Shown one piece after another: positions 13,732 through 24,149 of a stretch of 64,000 bases of DNA. The notes under the pieces were generated by a model. That model was not told the origin of the DNA, searched no databases, and saw nothing but the letters and a program-made list of their open reading frames with translations. The DNA comes from Utricularia gibba (taxonomy: Eukaryota > Plantae > Magnoliophyta): contig NEEC01000008.1 of assembly GCA_002189035.1 (NCBI GenBank), positions 496,001-560,000 on the forward strand, written 5' to 3'. Each line of letters begins with the position of its first letter. Position 1 is the stretch's first letter. The position numbers were made by a program, and so were the translations under genes.

Positions 13732-14755
13732 GTTCTAGGCATGTGTGAGGTGGTCCAGAGTCCCCGTCCAGCGTGCTTATGGGTGTCTGAAAGTCATGTC
13801 GTCTTCCTGTTGCAGCAGGCTGTCTGAGTTACTTAACATTCTATGATTCGTAGACAAGGTGTTGTATTAACCCAAAGTAGTACCGGTATCGTTCGCTAGT
13901 ACATGCTGTTCTCTAGGTACTGGATGCTTAACATGCGTATCTGTCTTGTGATGTTTCCTTGTGTGTGGGGGGTGGGTGTGCTTTGCTGTTCTACAACTTG
14001 AGCGTCCACGTCCATATTCACGCCTGTCTATAAGTGTCGGGTCTCCTCGTTCCAACTAGTCATCTGTTGATGTATGCTTTGTGGGTGTGACCTCGACTGT
14101 GATCCTAGCGTAGGTTTACGATGTGGGGGTTTGGCATCATAGGGCCTAGGTCATCATCCCCCTTCTATACACAAGACCAGTAATGCAATTTGACTGAAGA
14201 GGACCGAGGGGCCTGTCGAGGCTTCGGTTCCCGGTTTGGACTCGGCGCGGAGGAGGCATGGGTTTTTCCTCTGGCGACTGGTGCAACAACACTTCAACGG
14301 GTGGTGGCTACACGTCACCATCTTGTATTTTATGCCAAATATGGCGTTGTGAGCGATAGAGGAGGGTTGGTCAAAAACAGCATGAATGTTACGTACACAG
14401 TCGACATCAGCATCCCAGGCAACGTGAGCAAGTCCGCGATAGGGGGGGTGCTGATTTTTGAAGCACGGGACAGGGCTATACGAGTGCCCTCCAAGTGGGT
14501 TTGCTATTTACATCAGCAGGACAAACAGTTCCACGATGGAGGAGGAAAAGCTGCACACTGCAAAACAGAGAGAGAGAGAGAGCCCAAAAGGTGAGGAGAC
14601 GCTTGTGCCGAAACCTCCAACCCCCATTCATTCATCACAATGGCTCACAAAACCTCCAGGCTGCAATCAAAGACAAGGAAACTATTATCGGATATCAAGG
14701 TCGCATCCTTGCTTTTAATAAACAAGTGACTGGATTCCCTAATAAGGCCTCCTGG

Positions 14756-14783
14756 GTGTGTGTGTGTGTGTGAGAGAGAGAGA
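14756..14783. repeat. Compound (GT)n(GA)n microsatellite
   Basis: GTGTGT... 14756-14771 followed directly by GAGAGA... to 14783. Confidence 0.9.
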
Positions 14784-14786
14784 GCC

Positions 14787-15185
14787 TTACAAGCAGTAAG
14801 TATTCTTTCTGGGTGCGGGAGGGGAAGAGCTGCGAGATGTAATAGCCTTCCAAATCATGGATAAGCGTGAAATGATTCCCATGAAGCAGAGGAGTACCAC
14901 GAATCCAAGAACCCAGGGCATCAGCAAAAGGCCAAGAAGAAAAGTGACCAGTCCACCGAGCATCAGGGCAAGGGAGATCCCCATCAGCATGGAAGCGAAT
15001 ACCGCCGGAGTAAAAAACGACGCCACTTGTCTCCTCCCGAAATCCCCATCGGAGAACCCAGTCGGCTGCGCCGCCGATTTCACGGTGTTCAAAACCAAAT
15101 TCGCTAGCTCGTAAAAAACCTTGGAGCAATAATCCTGTTGATTCCACGGATGCTGCCTCCTCATCATCATCATCCTTTCAGCCAA
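14787..15185 (-). CDS. Conserved small plant transmembrane protein of unknown function (At1g27290-like); 3' end uncertain
   Basis: MRRQ...SKVFYELANLVLN...TPAVFASMLMGISLALMLGGLVTFLLGLLLMPWVLGFVVLL...PRK follows the family pattern (RVFYELS...TPAGFASLLLGISLALMLCGSVTFFIGF.LMPWVLG). A short last exon near 14507-14560 is possible. Confidence 0.8.
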   Translation of the reverse strand: MAERMMMMRRQHPWNQQDYCSKVFYELANLVLNTVKSAAQPTGFSDGDFGRRQVASFFTPAVFASMLMGISLALMLGGLVTFLLGLLLMPWVLGFVVLLCFMGIISRLSMIWKAITSRSSSPPAPRKNTYCL

Positions 15186-16306
15186 AATCCTTTTGCGGAT
15201 TTCAGTAGAATCGGAAGGCAGGATGCAGAAATCGAGGGAATCGGTTCTTGGAACACATCAACAAGTTAACTCACCAAGAAAAGAAGAGATTCGGAATATC
15301 CAGGTTGCGATCTGGGGATTGTTCAGGGAAACCATCGGCAAACTTCTCTTGTATTCGCGAAATTCGGTTAGGCTTTCGACTGACGAGCAAGCGGAGGGGA
15401 TTCGGGCCACGTCGATGTGACGCGTGGTGGAGGAACCTTGTGTGGGCCCCGAGTCGAAAATACGCAAAATGTTGCGGCATATTTATTAGAAATGAAATAA
15501 TTATCGATAATCTTATTATTGCATTTCAGACATCTTGTAACTTGACTCCTACAAAAAAAATGCTATTTGAATTGAATTCGATAATTTTTAATCATATTTT
15601 AAAGCAATTTATTTTTCTAGTTTAGTCATGGATTGTGTATCTGGTGTTGAAGGCATATTGGACATGAATCCCCCAGTCTTAATTGGACATGAATCTAACT
15701 ATTTTTAGGGGTTGGATTGTCTCCATATTCTGCATAAAAGAGTAAAGATAGTGTTCCATAAATAACTTTCTGTCACTAAAGGAAAGTTGAAAGAATTTGG
15801 AATTCACACCCCATTTTAACTAGCACAACATCAATGATGGTCATCTTCTCCTCCAAGAATCGCTCCTGATTCTAAAACAGACATCCGCTCCCCAACAACT
15901 ATATCTTGCCAAGACTCGACACCCTCAGAAACCCTCTTTGTTTTTTTCAAAGGCTCCAGGTATAAGCCCCCACCCCTCCATCTTTCTTGTGGTTTTCCTT
16001 GTATGGGTGCTGCTGAAAGCTACTTGTTCTGTTTCCCATGGTGCATGAATGAACACAGCCTGTCTGTGGCTGTGATGTGTGTTATTAAGTGTGCCCCTTG
16101 TGTTGATTTTATGCACCAATTTCGGGTGAGGAAAATAAGTGCAGTGCCATCATCTTCATGGTCAACATGTCGAAAAAATGTTTTGACTAGTGCAGTGGGA
16201 TTACTGTCACAGCCGCACACATTGGTGCAGAGCTGTCTTTTTTATTTTGGTTTCATGCCAAATCACTCCCATCTTGACTTTTGAGATTGGATCTTTGGAC
16301 AGGGAG

Positions 16307-17170
16307 ATGCTGAGCATGGTTTCCTTTCCCAAGCGCTCCAGAGTAGAGAGGTTCAAGGGCGTTGTATCACAACAAAATGGGCACTGGGGAGCGCAGATAT
16401 ATGCAAACCATCAGCGTGTATGGCTCGGCACGTTTAAGTCGGAGGTGGACGCAGCCATGGCGTATGACAGCGCAGCCATAAAGCTGAGGAGTGGAGACTC
16501 TCATAGAAACTTCCCTTGGACAAGCATAACCGTTCAAGAACCAAGATTCCAGACCCCTTACACCACAGATGCAGTCTTGAACATGATCAGGGATGGTTCG
16601 TACCCCATGAAATTTGCCGATTTCTTACGGTGCCAGCAAGGGGAGATCGATGCCAGGCTGCATCTACCATCCATCTATGGAGATGGTGACTTCTTTTGCA
16701 GTCCGCTCTTCCAAAAAGAGCTTACACCTAGCGATGTGGGCAAGCTCAACAGGCTCGTTATACCGAAGCGATATGCTGTTAAGCATTTCCCCAATGTGCC
16801 TGAATCCAGCGAATCTAACGTGGAGGGAGAAAGGAACGAGGAAGTGCAGCTCGAGTTCTACGACAGGCAAAGAACTTTGTGGAAGTTTCGGTACTGCTAC
16901 TGGAGTAGCAGCCAGAGTTTCGTGTTCACCAGGGGTTGGAACAGGTTTGTCAAGGAGAAAGGATTGAAAGAACATGATATCATTGCATTCTACTTGTACG
17001 AAAGAAGAGATGGTCATCGTTTGGGGCAGTCGTTTCTGGTGATCGACGTCTTCCCCAGAAGACTTGACGCTGGGAACAAAGAAAGTAAGATGGAAAGCGT
17101 TTCGGGGGAGAACCAAAATCCAAGGGAAGCCAGTAAAGGTTTTCGACTCTTTGGTGTTCAAATAGACTGA
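16307..17170 (+). CDS. RAV-family AP2/ERF + B3 transcription repressor (At1g50680/At1g51120-like), intronless; start codon uncertain
   Basis: AP2 domain FKGVVSQQNGHWGAQIYANHQRVWLGTFKSE.DAAMAYDSAAIKLR; B3 domain LFQKELTPSDVGKLNRLVIPK...GWNRFVKEKGL; C-terminal RLFGV repression motif (17144-17158). Confidence 0.93.
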   Translation: MLSMVSFPKRSRVERFKGVVSQQNGHWGAQIYANHQRVWLGTFKSEVDAAMAYDSAAIKLRSGDSHRNFPWTSITVQEPRFQTPYTTDAVLNMIRDGSYPMKFADFLRCQQGEIDARLHLPSIYGDGDFFCSPLFQKELTPSDVGKLNRLVIPKRYAVKHFPNVPESSESNVEGERNEEVQLEFYDRQRTLWKFRYCYWSSSQSFVFTRGWNRFVKEKGLKEHDIIAFYLYERRDGHRLGQSFLVIDVFPRRLDAGNKESKMESVSGENQNPREASKGFRLFGVQID

Positions 17171-17451
17171 TGCTGTTTTAAGGATCTCAGATCCCCTCAC
17201 CGTTTCTTGTTTTTCTTCTGTAAGGTGTCCCATAAATATGATTTCTTCAGCACCATAACCAGAACTCTGTTCCATACATTTCAGATGCCTCCTTTTTAAG
17301 GCATAGGCATCTGGATATGTTAAAGCATCAGAATAAATGATGTCAGAAACGTGAACACAAGTCTAAGTTTCCATGGCTAATACAGGATATAACATCAGCA
17401 TCACAAATTAGAAAAGGGAATGCAAAAGCAAATACTTGAGCAAGCACCGAT

Positions 17452-18453
17452 CTACTTCCATAAGAAAGGCATTTTTTTATGAGATCTACCTGAAGAAGAG
17501 CCTTCTCCATGGTGAAACAAGTCATTATTGTACTGGGAAGAAGAAGCCAAGGGCTTGCTGTCTTGATCAACGGTGCTGAACCGTGGGTCTGTGAGTGATG
17601 ATGATTCATGACGAGCTGAGTGGTTCAAGCTGAACTCCTCTGTCGCTTCTGGAGCCAATGACAGAAGAGAGAGAGCACGATCAGAGCTCACCACTCGATG
17701 ATTCAGTCCCTCAGAAAAGACTTTCGGATCAGTAACGGAGGTGCCATTGAAATGGGGTTGATGATAAACTTCCTTGAAGCTGTGGGATGAAAAGTTGAGA
17801 AATAACTCTGGTTTCTCATTGTAGCAAACTTGGTGATGCTGATTGTATCGGTAAAGCTCCATATCATTCTCCGATTTCACGATTCCGGGCCACAGCGAAG
17901 GCACCACAGAAGCTGGCAGGACTGGTGGGCTACCGAATGATATGATTGTTGTCCCTGAGAGAGAAGACTGACTAGGGAAGAGGAAGCTGGAGTTCTGGGA
18001 CAGAGTTTCCGGCTGCGGCTTCCGTCGCCTGCGGTTATGGCCATCTAGTCGTTTTCGACAACTCCGCTTCCCATCATCGAACTCCCCCAGCGAGTGGAAC
18101 CTACAACAGAAACAAAAAACTATAGATCGCCGAGCTCAAAGCCATAAAAGTAGCACTCACATGGCATCATGAAACTGTCGAATGACTAAGAAACACTGCA
18201 TGTCAAGAGGTGGTGGATCAACGAACTTAGTAGTTATATACCTGCTGCATTGCTGACAGAACCGCTGATGTTGACCTCTGATAGTAACCTTTGCAGTCTT
18301 TGAATGAATTTCACACACTTTATGTCGACGGTGATAGTCTCTGCAAAGGCTCAAATCGGCTTCACACCCATCCACAAGACAATGAGCAACTTGGCTGCAT
18401 TTGCTGGAGGCCTTCGCCCTTTTGGATGAACCCGAAGAAGATGATGAATCCAT
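17452..18453 (-). CDS. SPL13: SBP-box transcription factor, SPL13-like, miR156-targeted
   Basis: Exon 18453-18242 ([28 protein letters not shown]...RFCQQCSR) and exon 18100-17452 ([30 protein letters not shown]...RALSLLS...MPFLWK*). True N-terminus may lie further upstream; orthology not verified. Confidence 0.9.
17659..17678 (-). promoter_or_regulatory. miR156/157 target site in the SPL coding region
   Basis: mRNA-sense GTGCTCTCTCTCTTCTGTCA, the canonical SPL miR156 site encoding ALSLLS. Confidence 0.95.
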
Positions 18454-19580
18454 ACCATGAAACCTTGGATCCCTTAAACTTCCCTTCTGAGCATTCTTAT
18501 CAGAAGAACCCCAACGAAAATCACCACATCCACCACAAGTCTATATCTTGATTAGGATCACTCTGCATCTTAACCATTTTCGAATTGCAATCACACTAAA
18601 TAACGAAACACAGCCCAAAGAACATAGAGAATGAAACCATCACAATGCCAATGCGGAATGACCAGATTTCACACAGAGCTAATAGGCTGCAAAGAGGAGA
18701 TGGTCCCTCTACGACAATAATTATTGATCTTTATTGGGATAACCAAATATTCAAAAAAAGAGATCCCCATTCACAAATCTTCCCAGTCCATAAAACACCA
18801 CTAGCAAAAAAAAAAAGTATGATGAAACCACAAGAGGGAAGAAAAAAAACAGGGTTTGATGACAGGGTGGCCAAAAACGATTCTTGGCAGTTCCCCAGCG
18901 ATTCCCAGTTACTAAAAAATGAAACTTTCAACAAGGGTGTCCAGAGTTCCCAAAGAATCCATGTATGCTTGGCTACAGATCAAGTCGAGGCATTTTTATG
19001 CTTTGAACTGCGACAATAATTGAGGAGCCATCAAAGGATAGAGAATTGGGAGATGTACCTGTGAGTTTCATTACCAAAAACATGACACTAAAGGAAAGCT
19101 GAACCAATCGTGAACTTTAAAGAGAAGGCTGACTTGTGGTTCTCACTCTCAGCCATTTCGGAATGGGCACCTCAGAAAAGCTTTGAAAAGTAAGTGCCGT
19201 GTGAAAAGAGAAGGAAATGGGTGTGACTTCTGATACACCAACAAGATTTAGCGTATCGCAATGGGGCCGATGTCACACGATAAATTATTTATACATCGCC
19301 ATTGACTAGTGGGCTTGGAGGTGGAAAGAAATGGCTGTTGTGCACTTCTGACTACTAAATACACTGATACAGATAAGCCTCTTCGCTCGATATTGCAAAA
19401 AAAAGTACTCTTCCCTTACGCCATCCCTCCCACAAGTGGGATTCTGGGACCGGGGATTCACATGAAGTGTTTCTCTCTCTTTCTTACAAGAATAAAAAAA
19501 AAAAAAAAAGGACATCGGTGCAGTTCCTACACTTTGGAGAAGGTGACCTGACTTCAACCCAAATTTTATATTACTTATTA

Positions 19581-19803
19581 TATTATTATTTTGAAAATCG
19601 AATTAATATTTATTATATAAATAATATGTCAATTTATGTGATTGATATATACATACAAAATTGGTGTATATATATTAGTTAATCAAATGAAGATATATTT
19701 GTAAACTTGAATATAAATCTTTTATACCCAAATATCACACCTTTTATTATTATTTTGAGAGTCGAATTAATATTTACTACATAAATAGTATGTCAATTTA
19801 TGT
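19581..19803. repeat. Imperfect ~59-bp AT-rich direct repeat, two copies
   Basis: TATTATTATTTTGA(A/G)A(A/G)TCGAATTAATATTTA...TATGTCAATTTATGT at 19581-19639 and 19745-19803. Confidence 0.75.
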
Positions 19804-20125
19804 TCTTGGGCTTCCTCAAAGGTACACAGCCCACCCAGTCCCTGATGGGCCTCCAGCTTATCGGGCCGTACTTCGCGAAACTCATTATGCCCATAAATAA
19901 TATAAAAATGAAAACACGGTAATAAATAGATAGTTTTAGAAAGGAAATATTATCGAAAGTTAAAAAATTTATAAAGATAATTCGTATGTCACACTCAAAA
20001 TTACTAAAATCGAGTGAATCATAAACACCAAAATAATATATATTTTTAATTGTTTACCATGATTACCCATCCCATTACATACAGGTCCATCCATCCAAGA
20101 CGTGTAGGGCTGTTGTTACTGCAAA

Positions 20126-20597
20126 TCAATCCAGCGTGGTGTTGTGGTCATTGTAAATCTGCATCTGGCTAAGAATGCGCTCAAAGTCATCGCTAGATTT
20201 CTGAACCGGGTGCGTGTGCATTCCCTCGTACGTGGTCACCACAACCCCTTCGTCTTTGGACAGCCTCTGCACCTGCTTTTTCACGCTGCACCCCTCGTGG
20301 GTGCATCTGTAGTAGCTCCTGCGCCCAGGTTAACATTCTTGTGATAACCCAAACTATTTCACCAGCTGAATGAATGAATAAGTTACCTAGGGAACCTGTT
20401 GTTTTTGACAGCCTTCTGGCCGTACTTCCTCCAGCGATACCCGTCATCGAGTATATCAACCTGGCTCCTTGTCTGGAAAGCATATCTTGGTTTCTTCCCG
20501 CTCTTCTTCTGCGTCCTCCCGGGGGGCCATCCGAACCCTCCAGTGGAGGCTGGGAGGGAGATGAAGAGGATGAGGCTTGGAAGTAGTAGTTGTCCAT
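20126..20597 (-). CDS. WRKY75: Group IIc WRKY transcription factor, WRKY75/45-like; one frameshift in exon 1
   Basis: Exons 20597-20387 and 20318-20126. [35 protein letters not shown]|[37 protein letters not shown]; C2H2 finger and typical intron after PR. The MDNYYF start frame is one base off at the homopolymer 20518-20526. Orthology not verified. Confidence 0.88.
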
Positions 20598-22508
20598 TGA
20601 GGCAACTGCAAGGAAAGGGGAGGGATACAGTTCAAAACAAGGTGTGGCGTAGCGCAGCGTAGCAGCACACAGATTGTCTTATGGACGGCTTCTGCACGTA
20701 ATCTGGTGGTGGAGATGGAATTAAAATTTACTGGACTGATCCTGATGGATGGCCAACAAGAACTTTCTTGCGTGGAATGATCCCTTTTCCACACAAGAAA
20801 TCCTGTTGATTCCACACCTGCAGGCTGCACTGACCAGCCCACCTTCTGCGATTCCAATATGAAATCAGCTCAGGAAAAGAAGGCACTTGTGATCCTCTTT
20901 AATCCCTATTTTCAAACGGGTCAAACAAAGCGGCGCCTTCCCAGTACGGGATTTTTGGAATAAAAAAACATATCAATTTTTAATTGGGAATATATACTGG
21001 GGATAATAATAACAAATAATAAGGGCTTTTTTGGGATAGAGAGCGCCACGTCGGCAAGTGAAGCAGCGAGAATTTTCTTTCAGCCGTTACAAACGGTAGA
21101 ACTGAATCACGGGAATGGACGCGGATGCGATATTTTCAACGAGCCGATCGCCTTGATTCTCATTCCGATCATCGCACATTCTTCGGCGCGAATGGTGTTC
21201 ATTCGATCATTCTCGCTTTTCTCGGAGAAAGGACGGAAATATGGAGGTCTGCATGTCCGGCGCCGAGTACGATTTTCTGGATCTACTTCGTCTACTGGAA
21301 GTTGGTAACGATTGTCGCACTCGTTAGGCGATATGGATATTCTTGTGAATCTGGGGCACCTGGTGTACACTGTACTGAAAGTAAGTTGATGCCCAGAAGC
21401 CAAAGGTGCGAACACACAAGAATAACCCCTTGTATTGTCTCGAAAATTCTGAAAACGAAAACGTGAGATACATGGCCTGTGACTTCATCAATTGAGGGAA
21501 AAAACTTCGATAAATTTAATTCATCTCAGGCGCTAAATGCTCTGAATTTTTTGATGTGCAAGAACAGAGTTTTCAAGCATTTCCGTTTTCCCAATAGATG
21601 GCTATAGCCTTCTGTGACTCCTATAGTGGCAAGCTGCGGGCCTTTTAATGAGAGAACATCGGTATACTGTACCTGTCATGTGATAACTGAGCACAACAAT
21701 GCAGCTTCAGATTGTTGCGAGTGTAGTATGCCGCCTGACATGACCCCACCGTTGTAAATGAAACGGAAATACATGTCCAAATATTCTATATTTTGAAATC
21801 TGCAAAATGTCGTAAGTTTTAGAAGTTCCAGAGCATAGACTCACAGAATCGAATGTGCCAGGGGGTGTAACTCTGGTGAGTTCCTTTCTGTTCGTTTGAT
21901 ACTTCTGCATCTGTCATGTGTTTATACACAGTTTCTTATTTAAAACAAATGCCATATCTCAGTGATATACTTTGTAGGGCTGTATTCTTGTGAAACCTCG
22001 ATGATATCTTATTGCTTATTCAAGTCTTGCTTCAGGAGGTATTTCTTGAACAATCAACATGCAAAGAACAACGAAATGCTTCTTTCCAATTCAACCTCAA
22101 AATTTGAAAGTGTTTCACCTACATTTACAGCAAGGAATTGTTGTGAGGTACTTGCATGTTATCTTGATTTTGCATAGAAAACTAGTAGAAAGATTGGCTT
22201 AGAAATTTTGAATGGATATGATGTAATGTTTAATGCTTTTTTCTTAATTCGTGCTGTTGAGTTAGAATTGGTTGACAGGCATACGTATTTGAAAATCTCA
22301 ATACATAGAAACACACATATCTGAAGATGAAGCAGAACATTACATTTTCGACAGGTCTTGCTACAAACGCTTGGAGGCATGAGGTCCTGAACAAGCCTCT
22401 TTATTTTCTTCATTGCAAACCCAGGATAGATAACGCACAAGTGAACTTTGAAGAAACTTGGATAGACAAGTAGGCTTACGTTTTGTAGTTGAAGCGCTGA
22501 CCACTTGA

Positions 22509-24149
22509 CTAAAGCTCCAACACCACATCTGCAAAGTTTTTTTTTTAGAAAAAAAGAGGTCAGGTCACTGGATTAATGATGCCAATTTCTGTTAGATTCA
22601 ATGTATGATGCATTAAGCCTTTCTTATAAGATGCATGCTTGGCTGCGATCAAGAAGTGATACGTCGGCTGAAAAATTTGAAGTTAAAGATCTTAAGACTC
22701 ATGCGATGCAATTTTTTGATTCTTTGAGGATCCAAGATTAAAAAAGTGAATTGACTACTTACAATCTGCGTCAGTTTTGATCCAGAATTCATTCCCAGTT
22801 GAGCTTAATCTTGCTTTCGTTAGCAGTGGGGCATGAGACTGATTCTCACTGTAGAAGATCTGGTTTGGGAAGACGTCTTGAGGATTTATGATTATATCTC
22901 CATCTAATGACCTCCTTCCACCAACACTCTTCTCCATGGTACAGCTAGTTCTTATTTGACTCCATATTTTGCCAGGCTTGTGGTGAATAGGACCAAGTAA
23001 AGCATCATCAGGATGAACTTTCCTGCTGAAGGTCTTCATGATCTGCACACCCATATTTGAGAATGAGCATAACATCTTTTATTGAAGTGAGGAACACAGT
23101 ATTTGATATTACCATTGCAGAGAGATGTACCTTATGCAGTTTTTCCTTCGGTGTGGATTGTGAAGTTCCCCCTGAATCATGTGTGAAACTCTTCCCTAAA
23201 CCATGAACAGTCCTTTTCTTCATGAACTTTTTGATGAGATGTATTGATGAATTGTCAGGCTCTTTGCCCGCTATTTTCTTCCCCTTGTGTGATTTGATGC
23301 CAGAATTTTCCTCAGCCTGTTCAGTCTTGTGAAACAGTTCCTCAAGAGTAGTATGCTTTTTCTTCAGTGATTTTGCTGCAGCCGGCACTTCTACAGTAGA
23401 TCGCAGGGGACAGCTCTGTTTCCGGCAGGTAACTCCTTCAGTCCCATAGGTTTCTGCAAGTTCAGCCCTTTTGTTGCCAAGAGTGATCAGAGTGCTTTCA
23501 CTTTTCTCTGCGGAGCTTATAAGACTGACTCGATCAGAGGAATCATTGTTGTTCTCATCATTATGATCACCCTCAAGAACCTTCTCTGACAGATTTTCTA
23601 TCAATTCCAGTTTATCTTCCTTGTCTTCTGTTTTTTCTTCACTTATGCTATCCACGGAGATAGAAAACTTTGTTGTGTCTGGATCCTTGATGTGTGATTC
23701 TGTTCCCAGTGTCCCAATAGTGAGAAATCCATGGAAAAGATCTGTAAGCGCAGCTGCTGGCTCTTCTCGAAAGTCTTCATCAATTTTTGTAGCCTCAAAT
23801 GCGATGAATGACCTTCTGAATTTATCTTCTTGGGGTTTGTTCTGGTACTTATTTCCGTTGCCTTCTCTTGCGTAGCACTGCTGATCAATGAGTGATACTT
23901 GTCCTGCAAATCCCGCAAGATTATATTTCCGTTGCTGCCTCTTGGGTAGCATTGTGAATAATTGTTCGTAATAGTTTGAACGACATACCGAGTGAAAGAT
24001 CCTTCTGCAGATCGTTGCTGCTCCGTAACTTGCGATGCATCCAACCTAGTAGCTGCAAATGATCATAGATGGGGATGAGAATGGAAAAAGACGTAAAGAT
24101 AAGTAATGCTCTTGTTGTACTTCGCATAAAACCATAAGATTACCGTCAT
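22509..24149 (-). CDS. LAZY1: LAZY1 (IGT family) gravitropism regulator, 5 exons
   Basis: Exons 24149-24144 (ATGACG, inferred), 24052-23989, 23903-23131, 23042-22763, 22528-22509. Domain I LLGWMHRKL, domain II GFLTIGTLG, KVHP motif and C-terminal WIKTDADYVVLEL*. Confidence 0.92.

Noticed and set aside
16003-16306. Upstream in-frame extension or extra exon of the RAV gene
   Set aside because: The in-frame upstream peptide begins at a GTG and does not resemble RAV N-termini; no convincing donor site was found.
16664-17275. 203-aa antisense ORF over the RAV gene, and similar overlapping ORFs in GYF, PBS1, WRKY and 14.2-15.5 kb
   Set aside because: Shadow frames of GC-rich coding or UTR sequence with no recognisable motifs.
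17659-17678. Plus-strand sequence nearly identical to mature miR156
   Set aside because: It is the reverse complement of the target site inside the SPL exon; there is no precursor hairpin.
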